Below, in pieces: positions 42,564 through 51,865 of a stretch of DNA of 64,000 bases (within the stretch, counting starts at the first letter, position 1; every line of letters begins with the position of its first letter). Origin of the DNA: an uncultured Staphylococcaceae bacterium. Lineage in GTDB: Bacteria > Bacillota_I > Bacilli_A > RFN20 > CAG-826. The position numbers were made by a program, and so were the translations under genes. A model generated the notes under the pieces. That model was not told the origin of the DNA. It saw nothing but the letters and a program-made list of their open reading frames with translations, and ran no database searches. Where the stretch lies: contig CAYMRJ010000002.1 of assembly GCA_964392865.1 (NCBI GenBank), forward strand, positions 1,574-65,573. Reading direction: 5' to 3'.

Positions 42564-44737
42564 AGAACAAGCTATTCGTCGCGATAGCCGCCTTCGTCCT
42601 CGGCTTTTGGATACCCTATCTAAGTCTCGATGGGTTGGTCGGCTATCTGGCCCCTTTCTTGCTTTGCCTTTATCTGGCTTACCGGAAGAAGGCCCTCCCG
42701 CTTTTCCTGATGATCCTAGTGGGAGCGGCTCTCCTATCCGGCTTGCCCTTATGGCTATTTTCGGGCGAGGCCGAAGAGGTCACGGGCATCGTCATCTATT
42801 CGCGGGACGACTATTACCTCATCGCCTCCTGGGGCCAGAGGTATTACGTCTACTCGAAAGGGCACGGATACGAAGTCGGGGATATCCTGACCTTGGAGGG
42901 CTATTGCACCGATTTAAGCATCGCCCATTACGAGGGGCGCTTCGATTTCGGGGAATACCTGAGGCTAAAAGGGATAAACGGGCGCTTCTATGTAAGCAGT
43001 ACTAGCGAGGTTTTCCTAAACCCAATCAGGCTCAAGGAAGCAAGGACCTCCTTCATATCCAATTTCTCCGAAGACGCCGGGGCCTTGCTCAATAGCCTCC
43101 TCTTCGGAATCAAGGATTATGACGTCAGGATCATTTCTTTGGGCGAAGAGATCGGGGCCATGTATTTCCTCTCCAGCAGCGGTTTCTATTTCGCTTTGCT
43201 CCTAAAGGGAGTCGAAAAGCTATTCGGCCTTAAGTTCAGTGAGAGGACATCGAAGGGAATCGCCCTCGGCTTCGGCCTTTTGATGATGCCTTTGGCTTTT
43301 TCCAAAGTCGGGATGATGAGGGTCTTCCTCATCAGAGCCTATTCCTTCTTCGACTTCAAGAAGCGGGGAAGGGCGAGGGAATACGCGGCCATAACCTTAT
43401 TGGCCATCGATCCCTACAACGCCCTGAACTCGGGGTTCCTCACGGGCTTCGCCATTTCCTACTTCATGGCCATGGCCGGCCCGATGCTCAAGGCCGGGAA
43501 GGAGCATAAAAAGCTCTATGCCCAGGCCTTGCTGGCCTTGCTGTTGCTGCCGTCCCTTTCGGGGAACGGGGAACTGCATCTCTTGGCTTTCTTCTTTTCG
43601 TTCATCTTGGTTCCCTTGTATTTCCCGTTCTTGGTATTGGGGCTCATTTCCTTCGTGACCGTCCCGTTCGCATCTCTTCTCAATGGGTACGCCAGCTTCC
43701 TTTCCGGGACGATGGAAGCCTTATCGAAGATAGATGCCGTAATACCCTTCATCGCCCTAGATGGATACCAAGGCCTTTACTACACGGTTCTCTTTGTTGC
43801 TTTCTATTTGGCGGAAGTCGGCTTTAAAAAGTATCTGCCGAAAGCCGGGCTCGGCTTGGCTTCCATCATCGCGATTTCCTTGCTGCCGATAGGGAACGGA
43901 TTGAGCGCCAAGGTCAGCTTCATCGATGTCGGGCAAGGGGATTCGATCCTCATCAGGAACGGGACGAAGGCCGTGCTCGTCGATACGGGCGGGGTCACCT
44001 CATTCGATATGGCAGAAGAAGTGCTAATCCCGTATCTTCGAAGGGAAAGAGTCTACTCTTTGGAAGGCTTGATAATCACCCATAGCGACTATGACCATTA
44101 TGGGGCGGCGACCTCCTTATTAGAGAATTTCAAAGTCTCTGCCTACCTCGATTCCCATTCGGATTTTCCCTTTTACCTCGGGAGCATGCGGATCGATTCC
44201 CTCAATGCCGGCGGCTTTAGCGACACCAACGACAATAGCCTCGTCCTCCGCTTTAATCTTGGCGGAGACACCTATCTGCTGGCAGGTGACATCGAATCCA
44301 GCGCCGAGACGAAATTGGTTAGCAGCGGCAGCGATCTCTCGGCCGATATCCTCAAGGTCGCCCACCACGGGTCGAGCACTTCGACCTCGGCCAAATTCCT
44401 TTCGGCCGTCGATCCGGACATCGCCGTCATTTCCTGCGGCGAAAACAATTCGTACGGGCACCCCGACGAAACCGTCCTTGCTAGGTTGGAAAGCAATGGC
44501 GTGACCATCCGCCGAACAGACCTCGAAGGCACCGTTTCATTTACCTATCTCTTTAGGCAATTCAGATTCTCATTCATAGCGATTATTCCGAAAATTGCTT
44601 ATGTTTCCGCCTACCAAGCGGAAGCGCTTAATCCCGTAATAAAACTAAGCCAGGAATCCTATGAAGGCGTTGCTTTGACTCTGTCCAAAGAAATGCGCTC
44701 GAGAGATCCGCCCCGTCTTTATAGGGTCCCGCCCTGA
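42560..44737 (+). CDS. comEC: DNA internalization channel ComEC/Rec2
   Basis: TTG start. Competence-domain TM region. C-terminal MBL domain FIDVGQGDS...ITHSDYDHYGA...KVAHHGS. An atypical ~57-aa tail follows RTDLEGTVSF. Confidence 0.9.
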   Translation: MKNKLFVAIAAFVLGFWIPYLSLDGLVGYLAPFLLCLYLAYRKKALPLFLMILVGAALLSGLPLWLFSGEAEEVTGIVIYSRDDYYLIASWGQRYYVYSKGHGYEVGDILTLEGYCTDLSIAHYEGRFDFGEYLRLKGINGRFYVSSTSEVFLNPIRLKEARTSFISNFSEDAGALLNSLLFGIKDYDVRIISLGEEIGAMYFLSSSGFYFALLLKGVEKLFGLKFSERTSKGIALGFGLLMMPLAFSKVGMMRVFLIRAYSFFDFKKRGRAREYAAITLLAIDPYNALNSGFLTGFAISYFMAMAGPMLKAGKEHKKLYAQALLALLLLPSLSGNGELHLLAFFFSFILVPLYFPFLVLGLISFVTVPFASLLNGYASFLSGTMEALSKIDAVIPFIALDGYQGLYYTVLFVAFYLAEVGFKKYLPKAGLGLASIIAISLLPIGNGLSAKVSFIDVGQGDSILIRNGTKAVLVDTGGVTSFDMAEEVLIPYLRRERVYSLEGLIITHSDYDHYGAATSLLENFKVSAYLDSHSDFPFYLGSMRIDSLNAGGFSDTNDNSLVLRFNLGGDTYLLAGDIESSAETKLVSSGSDLSADILKVAHHGSSTSTSAKFLSAVDPDIAVISCGENNSYGHPDETVLARLESNGVTIRRTDLEGTVSFTYLFRQFRFSFIAIIPKIAYVSAYQAEALNPVIKLSQESYEGVALTLSKEMRSRDPPRLYRVPP

Positions 44738-44753
44738 GGATATAATCCTCCTC

Positions 44754-45719
44754 GTGATACAGGTCATCTATAGCCCCCAGAAGAAGATGGCGGAAACCGC
44801 CTTGGCCCGCCTCTTAAAGGGTATGGAAGACTATGACCGCCTCGACTTCGATCTTTCGGAAGATCTTTTGGCCGACGTCGCCGCGGCCTGCGATTCGGTT
44901 TCCCTTACGGGCGAGAAGAGGATCGTCGTGGCCAAAGACGTTTCGTTCCTTTGCCAGAAAGGGAAGATCGCCTACCTGAAGGGCGATGATCCGGACGCCT
45001 TCTACGATTACCTTTCCTCGCCGAACCGCGATACGGAGCTATTCCTCCTTTGCTTTTCGGAGGATATGCCTAGGGACACCAAATTCTTCTTAGCCGCCGA
45101 TAAGGGCGCAGCCAAATTCCATGCGGTCGATACTTTTACCCGGAGCCAGTGGATCGAATATATCCAGAATTACCTAAGCAAACGGGGCTCCGACATCGAA
45201 GCCGCCGCGGCCGAGGAACTCTATATCCGTACCAAAGGGGATTACGCTTCCTTCCTAAGTGAGGCCGGGAAACTCCTTAGCTACGCCGACGGGAGGGCCA
45301 TAACCCTGAACGACATCGAGGTTTTGGTCGCGGAGCCCCCGGATGCCGAGGCTTTCCATATCTACGAGGCCATCGTAGCCAAGGATCCGAAGCGGGCCTA
45401 CTCCGTCTATATGGACATCGTCGCCAAGGAAGGGAAGAACAAGGAAATTTCCCTCATCACCCATCTGGCTTCCCAGTTCCGCTTCCTCGTAAGCTGCCTC
45501 GGCTACCGCGAAAAGGGCCTGACCGATAGCCAGATCGCTTCGAATCTGAAATGCAGCCCTTACCGCGTGAAGATGGCCCTTGGCAAAGCCAAAGGCTATG
45601 ACGTCGAGAAAGCCTCGAAGGCCCTCGACCGCTTGGAACGGGCGGTCTTCGATACGTTCTCTGGAAAGAAAGAAGACTCCGACGCCTTCTTCGGCTTCCT
45701 CTTCGAGGCGGCCGCGTGA
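44754..45719 (+). CDS. holA: DNA polymerase III delta subunit
   Basis: Position after comEC, size, and pattern fit holA. GTG start. Confidence 0.8.
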   Translation: MIQVIYSPQKKMAETALARLLKGMEDYDRLDFDLSEDLLADVAAACDSVSLTGEKRIVVAKDVSFLCQKGKIAYLKGDDPDAFYDYLSSPNRDTELFLLCFSEDMPRDTKFFLAADKGAAKFHAVDTFTRSQWIEYIQNYLSKRGSDIEAAAAEELYIRTKGDYASFLSEAGKLLSYADGRAITLNDIEVLVAEPPDAEAFHIYEAIVAKDPKRAYSVYMDIVAKEGKNKEISLITHLASQFRFLVSCLGYREKGLTDSQIASNLKCSPYRVKMALGKAKGYDVEKASKALDRLERAVFDTFSGKKEDSDAFFGFLFEAAA

Positions 45720-46159
45720 AGATAGTCTTGGCCAGCGACTGCCACGGGCAGGAAGCCTCCATCAAAAAGATATTCCTCAGGGAACAAGACGCCGATAGCT
45801 ATCTTTTCCTCGGCGATTCCTGTTTGTATCCGCAGTCGCTAAGTCCTTTTGCCTCGGTAAAGGGGAATAACGACTTCGGTTTGGATTATCCGAAGACTTT
45901 GAGCGTGAATACCCCGGCCGGGCTTCTATATGCCTGCCATTACCCCATCAGGTCCAAGAAGGAAGTGGAAGATTTGATTGAGAAGGGCGTGAGGATCTAT
46001 GCCCACGGGCATACCCACCGCCGCTTCTATGAAGATGACGGGAAATTGGCCATCGTCTGTCCGGGCTCGACCGATTATCCGAGGGACGGGCAGCCCGGAT
46101 ACTGCGTCCTCATGATAGATAAAGCAGGGAAGATCGCCTGCACGTTCAAAGACCTCTAG
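45716..46159 (+). CDS. MJ0936/YfcE-family metallophosphoesterase (second copy in window)
   Basis: ASDCHGQ, GDS, GNND and HGHTH motifs. Confidence 0.7.
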   Translation: MKIVLASDCHGQEASIKKIFLREQDADSYLFLGDSCLYPQSLSPFASVKGNNDFGLDYPKTLSVNTPAGLLYACHYPIRSKKEVEDLIEKGVRIYAHGHTHRRFYEDDGKLAIVCPGSTDYPRDGQPGYCVLMIDKAGKIACTFKDL

Positions 46160-46164
46160 GCAAA

Positions 46165-46199
46165 GAAAAACGCCCTCACAGGGCGTGATTCTCTTTTTT
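46165..46199. terminator. Bidirectional terminator between the phosphoesterase gene (+) and rpsT (-)
   Basis: ACGCCCT-CAC-AGGGCGT hairpin. A-run upstream and T-run downstream give a U-tract on both strands. Confidence 0.7.
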
Positions 46200-46205
46200 C
46201 TTCGC

Positions 46206-46469
46206 TTAGTTCAGTCCGTTGACGAGCAGCTGGAGGCGCGATTTCCGGCGGGCGGCGGTGTTCTTGGCGATGACGCCGTCGCTGGCGAGCTTGTCGAGGG
46301 CCTTGATGGCGGCCGGGAGGGCCTTGGTGGCCGCTTCCTTGTCCTTCGCCTTGACCGCTTCCTCGACCTTGCGGGCGTAGGTATGGGCGGCGCTCTTCTT
46401 GGAAGAGTTGGCGAGGTTCTTCTTTTCGTTGGTCCGGTTGCGCTTGATCTGCGATTTGATGTTTGCCAT
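46206..46469 (-). CDS. rpsT: 30S ribosomal protein S20
   Basis: MANIKSQIKRNRTNEKK N-terminus. Confidence 0.95.
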   Translation of the reverse strand: MANIKSQIKRNRTNEKKNLANSSKKSAAHTYARKVEEAVKAKDKEAATKALPAAIKALDKLASDGVIAKNTAARRKSRLQLLVNGLN

Positions 46470-46541
46470 TTCTTTGCTTGCTTCCTATTTGCCGCGTAAT
46501 TCTACCCTTAGGATTTAATTTCGGCAACTCCTATAGGAGGC

Positions 46542-48524
46542 CTAGGCCTTATGGCCCTCCAAGAGGTAGAGGGCGAAGTCTTCCGGGGTCAACAATTGGC
46601 CGTATAGATTCTCGGGCAGTTCGACCTGGTACTTGGTGTTGAAGTCGGCGACCATGGCGACGTAGCTCATGGAATCCCCTCCGAGATCGGCCCCGAAGTC
46701 GCTGTTCCTTTGGACCGAGCCTTCGGTCAAAACCAAAGCCTTTTCGAAGAGTTCCTCGATGCCTTTGAGGAGGAAGTCGACCTTTTCGGGATCATAGGCG
46801 GCGAGGCGATCGCCCAGGTCCTCATGGACATGGCCTTCGCCGAAGAGGTCGATGAAGTCCTTGCTACCGGCCTCGATTTCCTTCGCCACTTCGAGGCGCT
46901 TGACCTTGATGCCGTTGGCCAAGGGGAGGGCCTTAAGAGCCTTGTAGATCTTGTTGACACGCCTTTCTTTCGAAACGGTGGCGTTGATGCGGAGGAAGTC
47001 CTTCTTGGTTTCTTCGTCTTCGATGCCGGCCGAGGGTTCGTAGACGAGGGCGATTTCCTCTTCCTTGGAGTTCTTTTTCCTGCGGATCCCGAGGATCGAG
47101 ATGCGCAGGGCGCCCTTTAGGCCCTTGAACCTTTCCTCGAGTTCGTCGGGGTAGATGTTCTCGCCGTCGCTATTGATGATCGTTTCCTTGGCCCGGCCTT
47201 TGATGTAGACCCTTCCGTCATCGTCCATTTCGACGAGGTCGCCGCTATGGAAGTAGCCTTCTTCGTCGAGGACGGTTTTCTGGATCTTTCCGCCGACGAT
47301 TTCTTCCTTATGGACGAAAGGCGATTTGATGAGGAGTTCGCCGTCCGGGGCGACTTTGTAGTCGACTCCGTGGAAGGCATGGCCGACCGAGCCCTTGAGC
47401 CTCACCAAGGGATCGGGGGAGAGCTCGACCGAGGTAATGCCGACTTCCGTCATGCCGATCCCGTTATAGAGGGGGTAGCCTAGGCCCGTGATGGTCTTGA
47501 GGGTATCTTCGCTTAGGTAGGAGCCGCCCGAGATCAGATAGACCGGAGCGGTCCCCACGACCTTCTTCTTGATGAGGTTGTTGAAGAAGCGGCTGCTTGC
47601 GATGAAGCCTGCTTCTTTCTTGCTGATTTCCCCGCGGTTATAGGCCGACATCTTCTGATAAAGCTCATAGAGCTTGCCGCCTTTTTGCTCCATGCTCCGG
47701 TTAACGAGATTGGCGACCGAGTCGAAGAGCATCGGGACGCTGAAGACATGGGTGCACTTGCCTTTCTTTATGGCGTAGACCAGGTCCTTGCTCGAGATAG
47801 AGGAAGGATAGACGAGGTTCTTCTGGTAGAAGGTGAACCACATGATGACGGCGACGAGGCCGAAGATGTGGTTCAAAGGAATCATGGCGAGGATATTGAT
47901 TTCGCCGAGCGACATCAAAGTCGTCGATTCCTTCGGGACGTTGATGGCGGCCAATATCTGATGGCAGAAATCCTCGCCGCAATACTCCATGATGCGGCTA
48001 TTGCCGGTCGTCCCGGAGGTGCAGAGGTAGATCTTGTCCCACCAATCCTTGGGCTCCTTCTGGCCTTTTTGCCTTAGGTCCTTCAAGCGGTAGAGGGGGA
48101 CTTCGTATTCTTCCTCTTCGTTGGCGATCAAAGCCTTGGCCCCGGCTTCCTTCAGAAGCACCGAGGTCTTTTCCTTATCGAGGCGATAGTCCAATAGAAG
48201 CGGGGCATGGCCGCTGGCCAAGATGCCCCAGAAAAGATAGACCCAGAGGTGGGTATTCCTCATCTTGAGGCCGATGAGGCTTCCTCTTGGAAGATCATCG
48301 AAGAGAGCCATCAGTTGTGAGGCATATAGTCCGGCGTATTCCCGGTATTTCGCGTAATTGTAGGAAACGATGCGGTCGTCTTCGTCGAAGTAGGTGACGG
48401 CCTTTTTCCTGGGGCTATCGGTGCACATCTCGTAGATATGCTTGAAGGTGGGTCCTTCTCCCTCGAGGAGGAGTTTCGATCTATCGACGTACTTGACGAG
48501 TTTGGCGTATTGGGCTTTGGTCAT
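46542..48524 (-). CDS. AMP-dependent synthetase/ligase fused to a C-terminal phosphopantetheine carrier domain
   Basis: TSGTTGNSR, GIGMTE and SGDLVEMDDDGRVYIKGRAKE adenylation motifs. Carrier motif LGGDSMSYV. The start was chosen at MTKAQYAK (48524). Confidence 0.8.
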   Translation of the reverse strand: MTKAQYAKLVKYVDRSKLLLEGEGPTFKHIYEMCTDSPRKKAVTYFDEDDRIVSYNYAKYREYAGLYASQLMALFDDLPRGSLIGLKMRNTHLWVYLFWGILASGHAPLLLDYRLDKEKTSVLLKEAGAKALIANEEEEYEVPLYRLKDLRQKGQKEPKDWWDKIYLCTSGTTGNSRIMEYCGEDFCHQILAAINVPKESTTLMSLGEINILAMIPLNHIFGLVAVIMWFTFYQKNLVYPSSISSKDLVYAIKKGKCTHVFSVPMLFDSVANLVNRSMEQKGGKLYELYQKMSAYNRGEISKKEAGFIASSRFFNNLIKKKVVGTAPVYLISGGSYLSEDTLKTITGLGYPLYNGIGMTEVGITSVELSPDPLVRLKGSVGHAFHGVDYKVAPDGELLIKSPFVHKEEIVGGKIQKTVLDEEGYFHSGDLVEMDDDGRVYIKGRAKETIINSDGENIYPDELEERFKGLKGALRISILGIRRKKNSKEEEIALVYEPSAGIEDEETKKDFLRINATVSKERRVNKIYKALKALPLANGIKVKRLEVAKEIEAGSKDFIDLFGEGHVHEDLGDRLAAYDPEKVDFLLKGIEELFEKALVLTEGSVQRNSDFGADLGGDSMSYVAMVADFNTKYQVELPENLYGQLLTPEDFALYLLEGHKA

Positions 48525-48589
48525 GGGGCAATTGTCTCCGGGCGCATTATATAATTCTCGGGAATCACTTACCCCGTTAATTTCACACG

Positions 48590-49516
48590 ATGAGCAAAAT
48601 TCCAACTGATGCCAAGATCCTCTACCTCGGAACGCCTGAAATGTCGGCCGTTTTGCTTAAAGGCATGGCTGGTCTCGGCTACAACATCGTCGGTGTCATC
48701 ACCAACGTCGATAAGCCGACCGGGAGGAAAGGGACGTTGACCCCGCCTCCGGTCAAGGTCGCGGCAATGGAACTAGGGATCCCCGTCTATCAGCCCGTCA
48801 AGATGCGCCTCGAATGGGAATTCGCGAAAGAACTCGATTTCGACGTGATAATCACCTTCGCCTACGGGCAGATCGTCCCGGAAGGATTTCTGAACCTCGC
48901 CAGCAAAGGCGCCTACAACTTCCATGGATCGATCCTCCCGAAGTATAGAGGGGCCGCTCCGATCCAAAGGGCCATCATGGATGGACTGGAAGAGACGGGC
49001 GTTTCCCTTATGGAGATGGTCGCGGCCATGGACGCCGGAAGGGTCTACGCCATCGAGAAATTCCCGATAGAAGGGGAAGATGATTACGGAACCATCTGCC
49101 GGAAGATGGCCGAAGCCTCGATTAAACTCGCGGAAACCATGCTCCCCGATGTCATCGGCGGCACCAACCAAGGCGTCCCCCAGGACGAATCGCTCGTCAC
49201 CATCGCTAGGAAGATTAAAAAAGAAGACGAAGTCCTGCCGGCCGCCGAACTAAGCGCCAAGGAAGCCTGGTGCTACGTCAGGGGCCTATCGCCGACTCCC
49301 GGAGCCTACGTCTATCTCGGCGAAAAGAAACTCAAGATCTACAAATGCTATCCGGTCGAGGACATAGTGCTCGCCGGGACCTTCAAGGCCGAAAAGTCGC
49401 GCCTCTTATTGGGCTGCAAGGAAGGTAGCCTTGTCCTAGAAGAAATCCAACTCGAAGGAAAAGGGAGGAGCAAAGCCTCCGATTTCCTAAACGGCCACCG
49501 GAACCTCTTCCTTTGA
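48590..49516 (+). CDS. fmt: Methionyl-tRNA formyltransferase
   Basis: ILYLGTPE, NFHGSILPKYRGAAPIQ motif. Confidence 0.95.
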   Translation: MSKIPTDAKILYLGTPEMSAVLLKGMAGLGYNIVGVITNVDKPTGRKGTLTPPPVKVAAMELGIPVYQPVKMRLEWEFAKELDFDVIITFAYGQIVPEGFLNLASKGAYNFHGSILPKYRGAAPIQRAIMDGLEETGVSLMEMVAAMDAGRVYAIEKFPIEGEDDYGTICRKMAEASIKLAETMLPDVIGGTNQGVPQDESLVTIARKIKKEDEVLPAAELSAKEAWCYVRGLSPTPGAYVYLGEKKLKIYKCYPVEDIVLAGTFKAEKSRLLLGCKEGSLVLEEIQLEGKGRSKASDFLNGHRNLFL

Positions 49517-49517
49517 T

Positions 49518-51839
49518 ATGGCCAAGCCCTATTTCCGCCTTAGCGTCCACCAACTGGTGGATTTCCTTTTGCGGGAAGGGGACATCGATGCCCGCATCTA
49601 CAACGTCGAGGCCATGCAGGAGGGAACGCGCCTCCATGGCCTTTACCAAAGCAAGCAGGGAGCGGATTACGAAGCCGAGCTTTCGCTAAGCAGGGTCTAT
49701 GAAAGGGAAGGCGGGACCATTGCCCTCAGGGGCAAGGCCGACGGCTATTATCTTGATAGCAAAGGCATCCCCGTCATCGAGGAAATCAAAAGCACGGCCG
49801 GCGATGTCGACGAATTCGCGAGGGTCCAGGCCAAATGGCATTTCGCTCAGGCCGAGTGCTACGCCTCGATGCTATTTCCGCTCCACCCGGAGTTCGATGA
49901 GATCAAGATCCGCCTGGTCTATCTCTCGCAGAAAGGGGAGAAGAAGGCCTATCGGCGGGAAACCCTAAGCCGCGAAGACCTCGAGGAGAAGGTCGGGGGA
50001 TACCTCGATTCCTATCTTTCATTCTTCGGCTTTCTCGAGGAAAGGCGCGAGGAAAGAAACGAAAGCATCAAGGCTTTGGAATTCCCTTTCCAGAGGTTCA
50101 GGGCCGGCCAGAAGGAAATGGGGGCGGCCGTCTACCGGGCCCTCGCCGATAGGAAGAGGATCCTCATCGAGGCCCCGACCGGGATCGGGAAGACGGTGGG
50201 GGCGACCTTCGCCGCCTTCAAGGGAATGGGCGAGAAGAAAGCCGACAAGCTCTTTTATTTCACGGCCAAGACGACCGGGGCCCTGATGGCTGAAAAGGCC
50301 ATGCGGCTTCTAAAGGAGAAAGGTCTAAAAGCTCGATACAGCGCCCTCCTCGGCAAGAAGAAGATGTGCCTTTCTCCCGGGGCCGAGTGCAACCCGGACG
50401 AATGCCCCTTTGCCCGTTCCTACTATCCGAAGCTTAGGGAAGCCGTAAGCGAACTGCTTTCCCAAGACGTCGATTTCTCCAGTTCCTTCATCAAGGAATA
50501 CGGTCTGGAGAAAGAGATGTGCCCATTTGAATTATCGTTGGATCTATCGAATTATTCGGACATCGTCATCGCCGATTTCAATTACCTTATCGATCCCCTT
50601 GCGAGGCTCGAAAGGTATTTCTCGGCCGAGGCTCCGGACGAAGACTATTTCGCGATGATCGACGAAGCCCACAATCTCTTGGAAAGGGCTAGGGACGCCT
50701 ATGGCGCTTCCCTCGATGCCTTCTCCTTGAAACTAGCGAGCCGCGTCCTCAAAAGCGCCGGCTACCCGAAGTCCTCGAGGAAGCTAGCCAAGGTCGCGGA
50801 GGCGATCGAAAGCGTCGACCAAGAGACCCAAGACGATGCGGCTTTGGTCACGGCCATCAAGGCCTACGAGCAGACGAGAAGGGAAGAGGAACGCAAGGAA
50901 ACGCCCGATAGAGAAAAGGGCGAAAAGCCAGAACTTCCCGAAGGGCTCGAGAGGGAAGTGCACCGCTACGGCCTTTTGGCCGAGCAGTACTACGAAGGGT
51001 CGAGGATCTTGGTTGAGGAAGGAAGGGTCAGGAGGCTCTGCCTCGATCCCTCGCCCTATATCCTCGATTCCTTGGACCGCCTTAGCGGGGCGGCCCTTTA
51101 TAGTGGCACCCTATCCCCTTTGCCTTTCTATACGGAATCGCTCCTCGGCGAAAGCGAAGCCGGCACCCTTCTCTTGCCTTCGCCCTTCGATAAGAGCCAT
51201 ATGGGCCTTTACGTCGCTCCCTTGGGTTTGCGTTACAAACAGAGGGAAGCGAGCTTCCCGGAAGTAATCTCTTTGTTGAAAACCTTCGTTCAGGGAAAAG
51301 TCGGGAATTATCTGATTTTCTTCCCGAGCTTCGAATACCTCGAGAAGGCCGCGCCGGCCCTCGAAGGAATCGGGAACGTCCTCATCCAGAAGCGGGAAAT
51401 GGGAGAAGAAGAAAAAGAAGAGTTCCTCGCCCATTTCGTTCCCAATCCCAGCGAAACCAATGTCGGTTTGGCCGTCTTGGGCGGCTCCTTCGGGGAAGGG
51501 GTCGACCTCGTGAGCGATCGCCTGATCGGCGTCGCTATCGTGGGGATCGGCCTGCCCGGAGTAAGCAGCGAAAGGGAGGCCATCCGCGGCTATTTCGAAG
51601 AAAGGGCCGGGCAAGGCTATTACCGGGCCTATCTGGCTCCGGGCCTCAACAAAGTCATGCAGGGCATCGGGCGCCTCATCAGGAGCGAAGATGACCAAGG
51701 CGTCGCCCTCCTCATCGATGACCGGTACCTGCAGAGGGGCACAAGGGAATTGCTCGAAGGCCATTACGGGCGCTACCGCCTCGTTTTCTCGGAAGAGGAA
51801 CTGCGAAAGGGCCTTTCATCGTTTTATGGAAAGAAGTGA
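49518..51839 (+). CDS. DinG/XPD-family Fe-S helicase with N-terminal PD-(D/E)XK nuclease domain
   Basis: N-terminus has GKADGY, VIEEIKS and QAECY (nuclease motifs). Walker A APTGIGKT. Four Cys ([14 protein letters not shown]...MCPFE). DEAH box MIDEAHNL. Confidence 0.8.
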   Translation: MAKPYFRLSVHQLVDFLLREGDIDARIYNVEAMQEGTRLHGLYQSKQGADYEAELSLSRVYEREGGTIALRGKADGYYLDSKGIPVIEEIKSTAGDVDEFARVQAKWHFAQAECYASMLFPLHPEFDEIKIRLVYLSQKGEKKAYRRETLSREDLEEKVGGYLDSYLSFFGFLEERREERNESIKALEFPFQRFRAGQKEMGAAVYRALADRKRILIEAPTGIGKTVGATFAAFKGMGEKKADKLFYFTAKTTGALMAEKAMRLLKEKGLKARYSALLGKKKMCLSPGAECNPDECPFARSYYPKLREAVSELLSQDVDFSSSFIKEYGLEKEMCPFELSLDLSNYSDIVIADFNYLIDPLARLERYFSAEAPDEDYFAMIDEAHNLLERARDAYGASLDAFSLKLASRVLKSAGYPKSSRKLAKVAEAIESVDQETQDDAALVTAIKAYEQTRREEERKETPDREKGEKPELPEGLEREVHRYGLLAEQYYEGSRILVEEGRVRRLCLDPSPYILDSLDRLSGAALYSGTLSPLPFYTESLLGESEAGTLLLPSPFDKSHMGLYVAPLGLRYKQREASFPEVISLLKTFVQGKVGNYLIFFPSFEYLEKAAPALEGIGNVLIQKREMGEEEKEEFLAHFVPNPSETNVGLAVLGGSFGEGVDLVSDRLIGVAIVGIGLPGVSSEREAIRGYFEERAGQGYYRAYLAPGLNKVMQGIGRLIRSEDDQGVALLIDDRYLQRGTRELLEGHYGRYRLVFSEEELRKGLSSFYGKK

Positions 51840-51865
51840 CGTTGTCACTTATAATCCCGCCGAAC

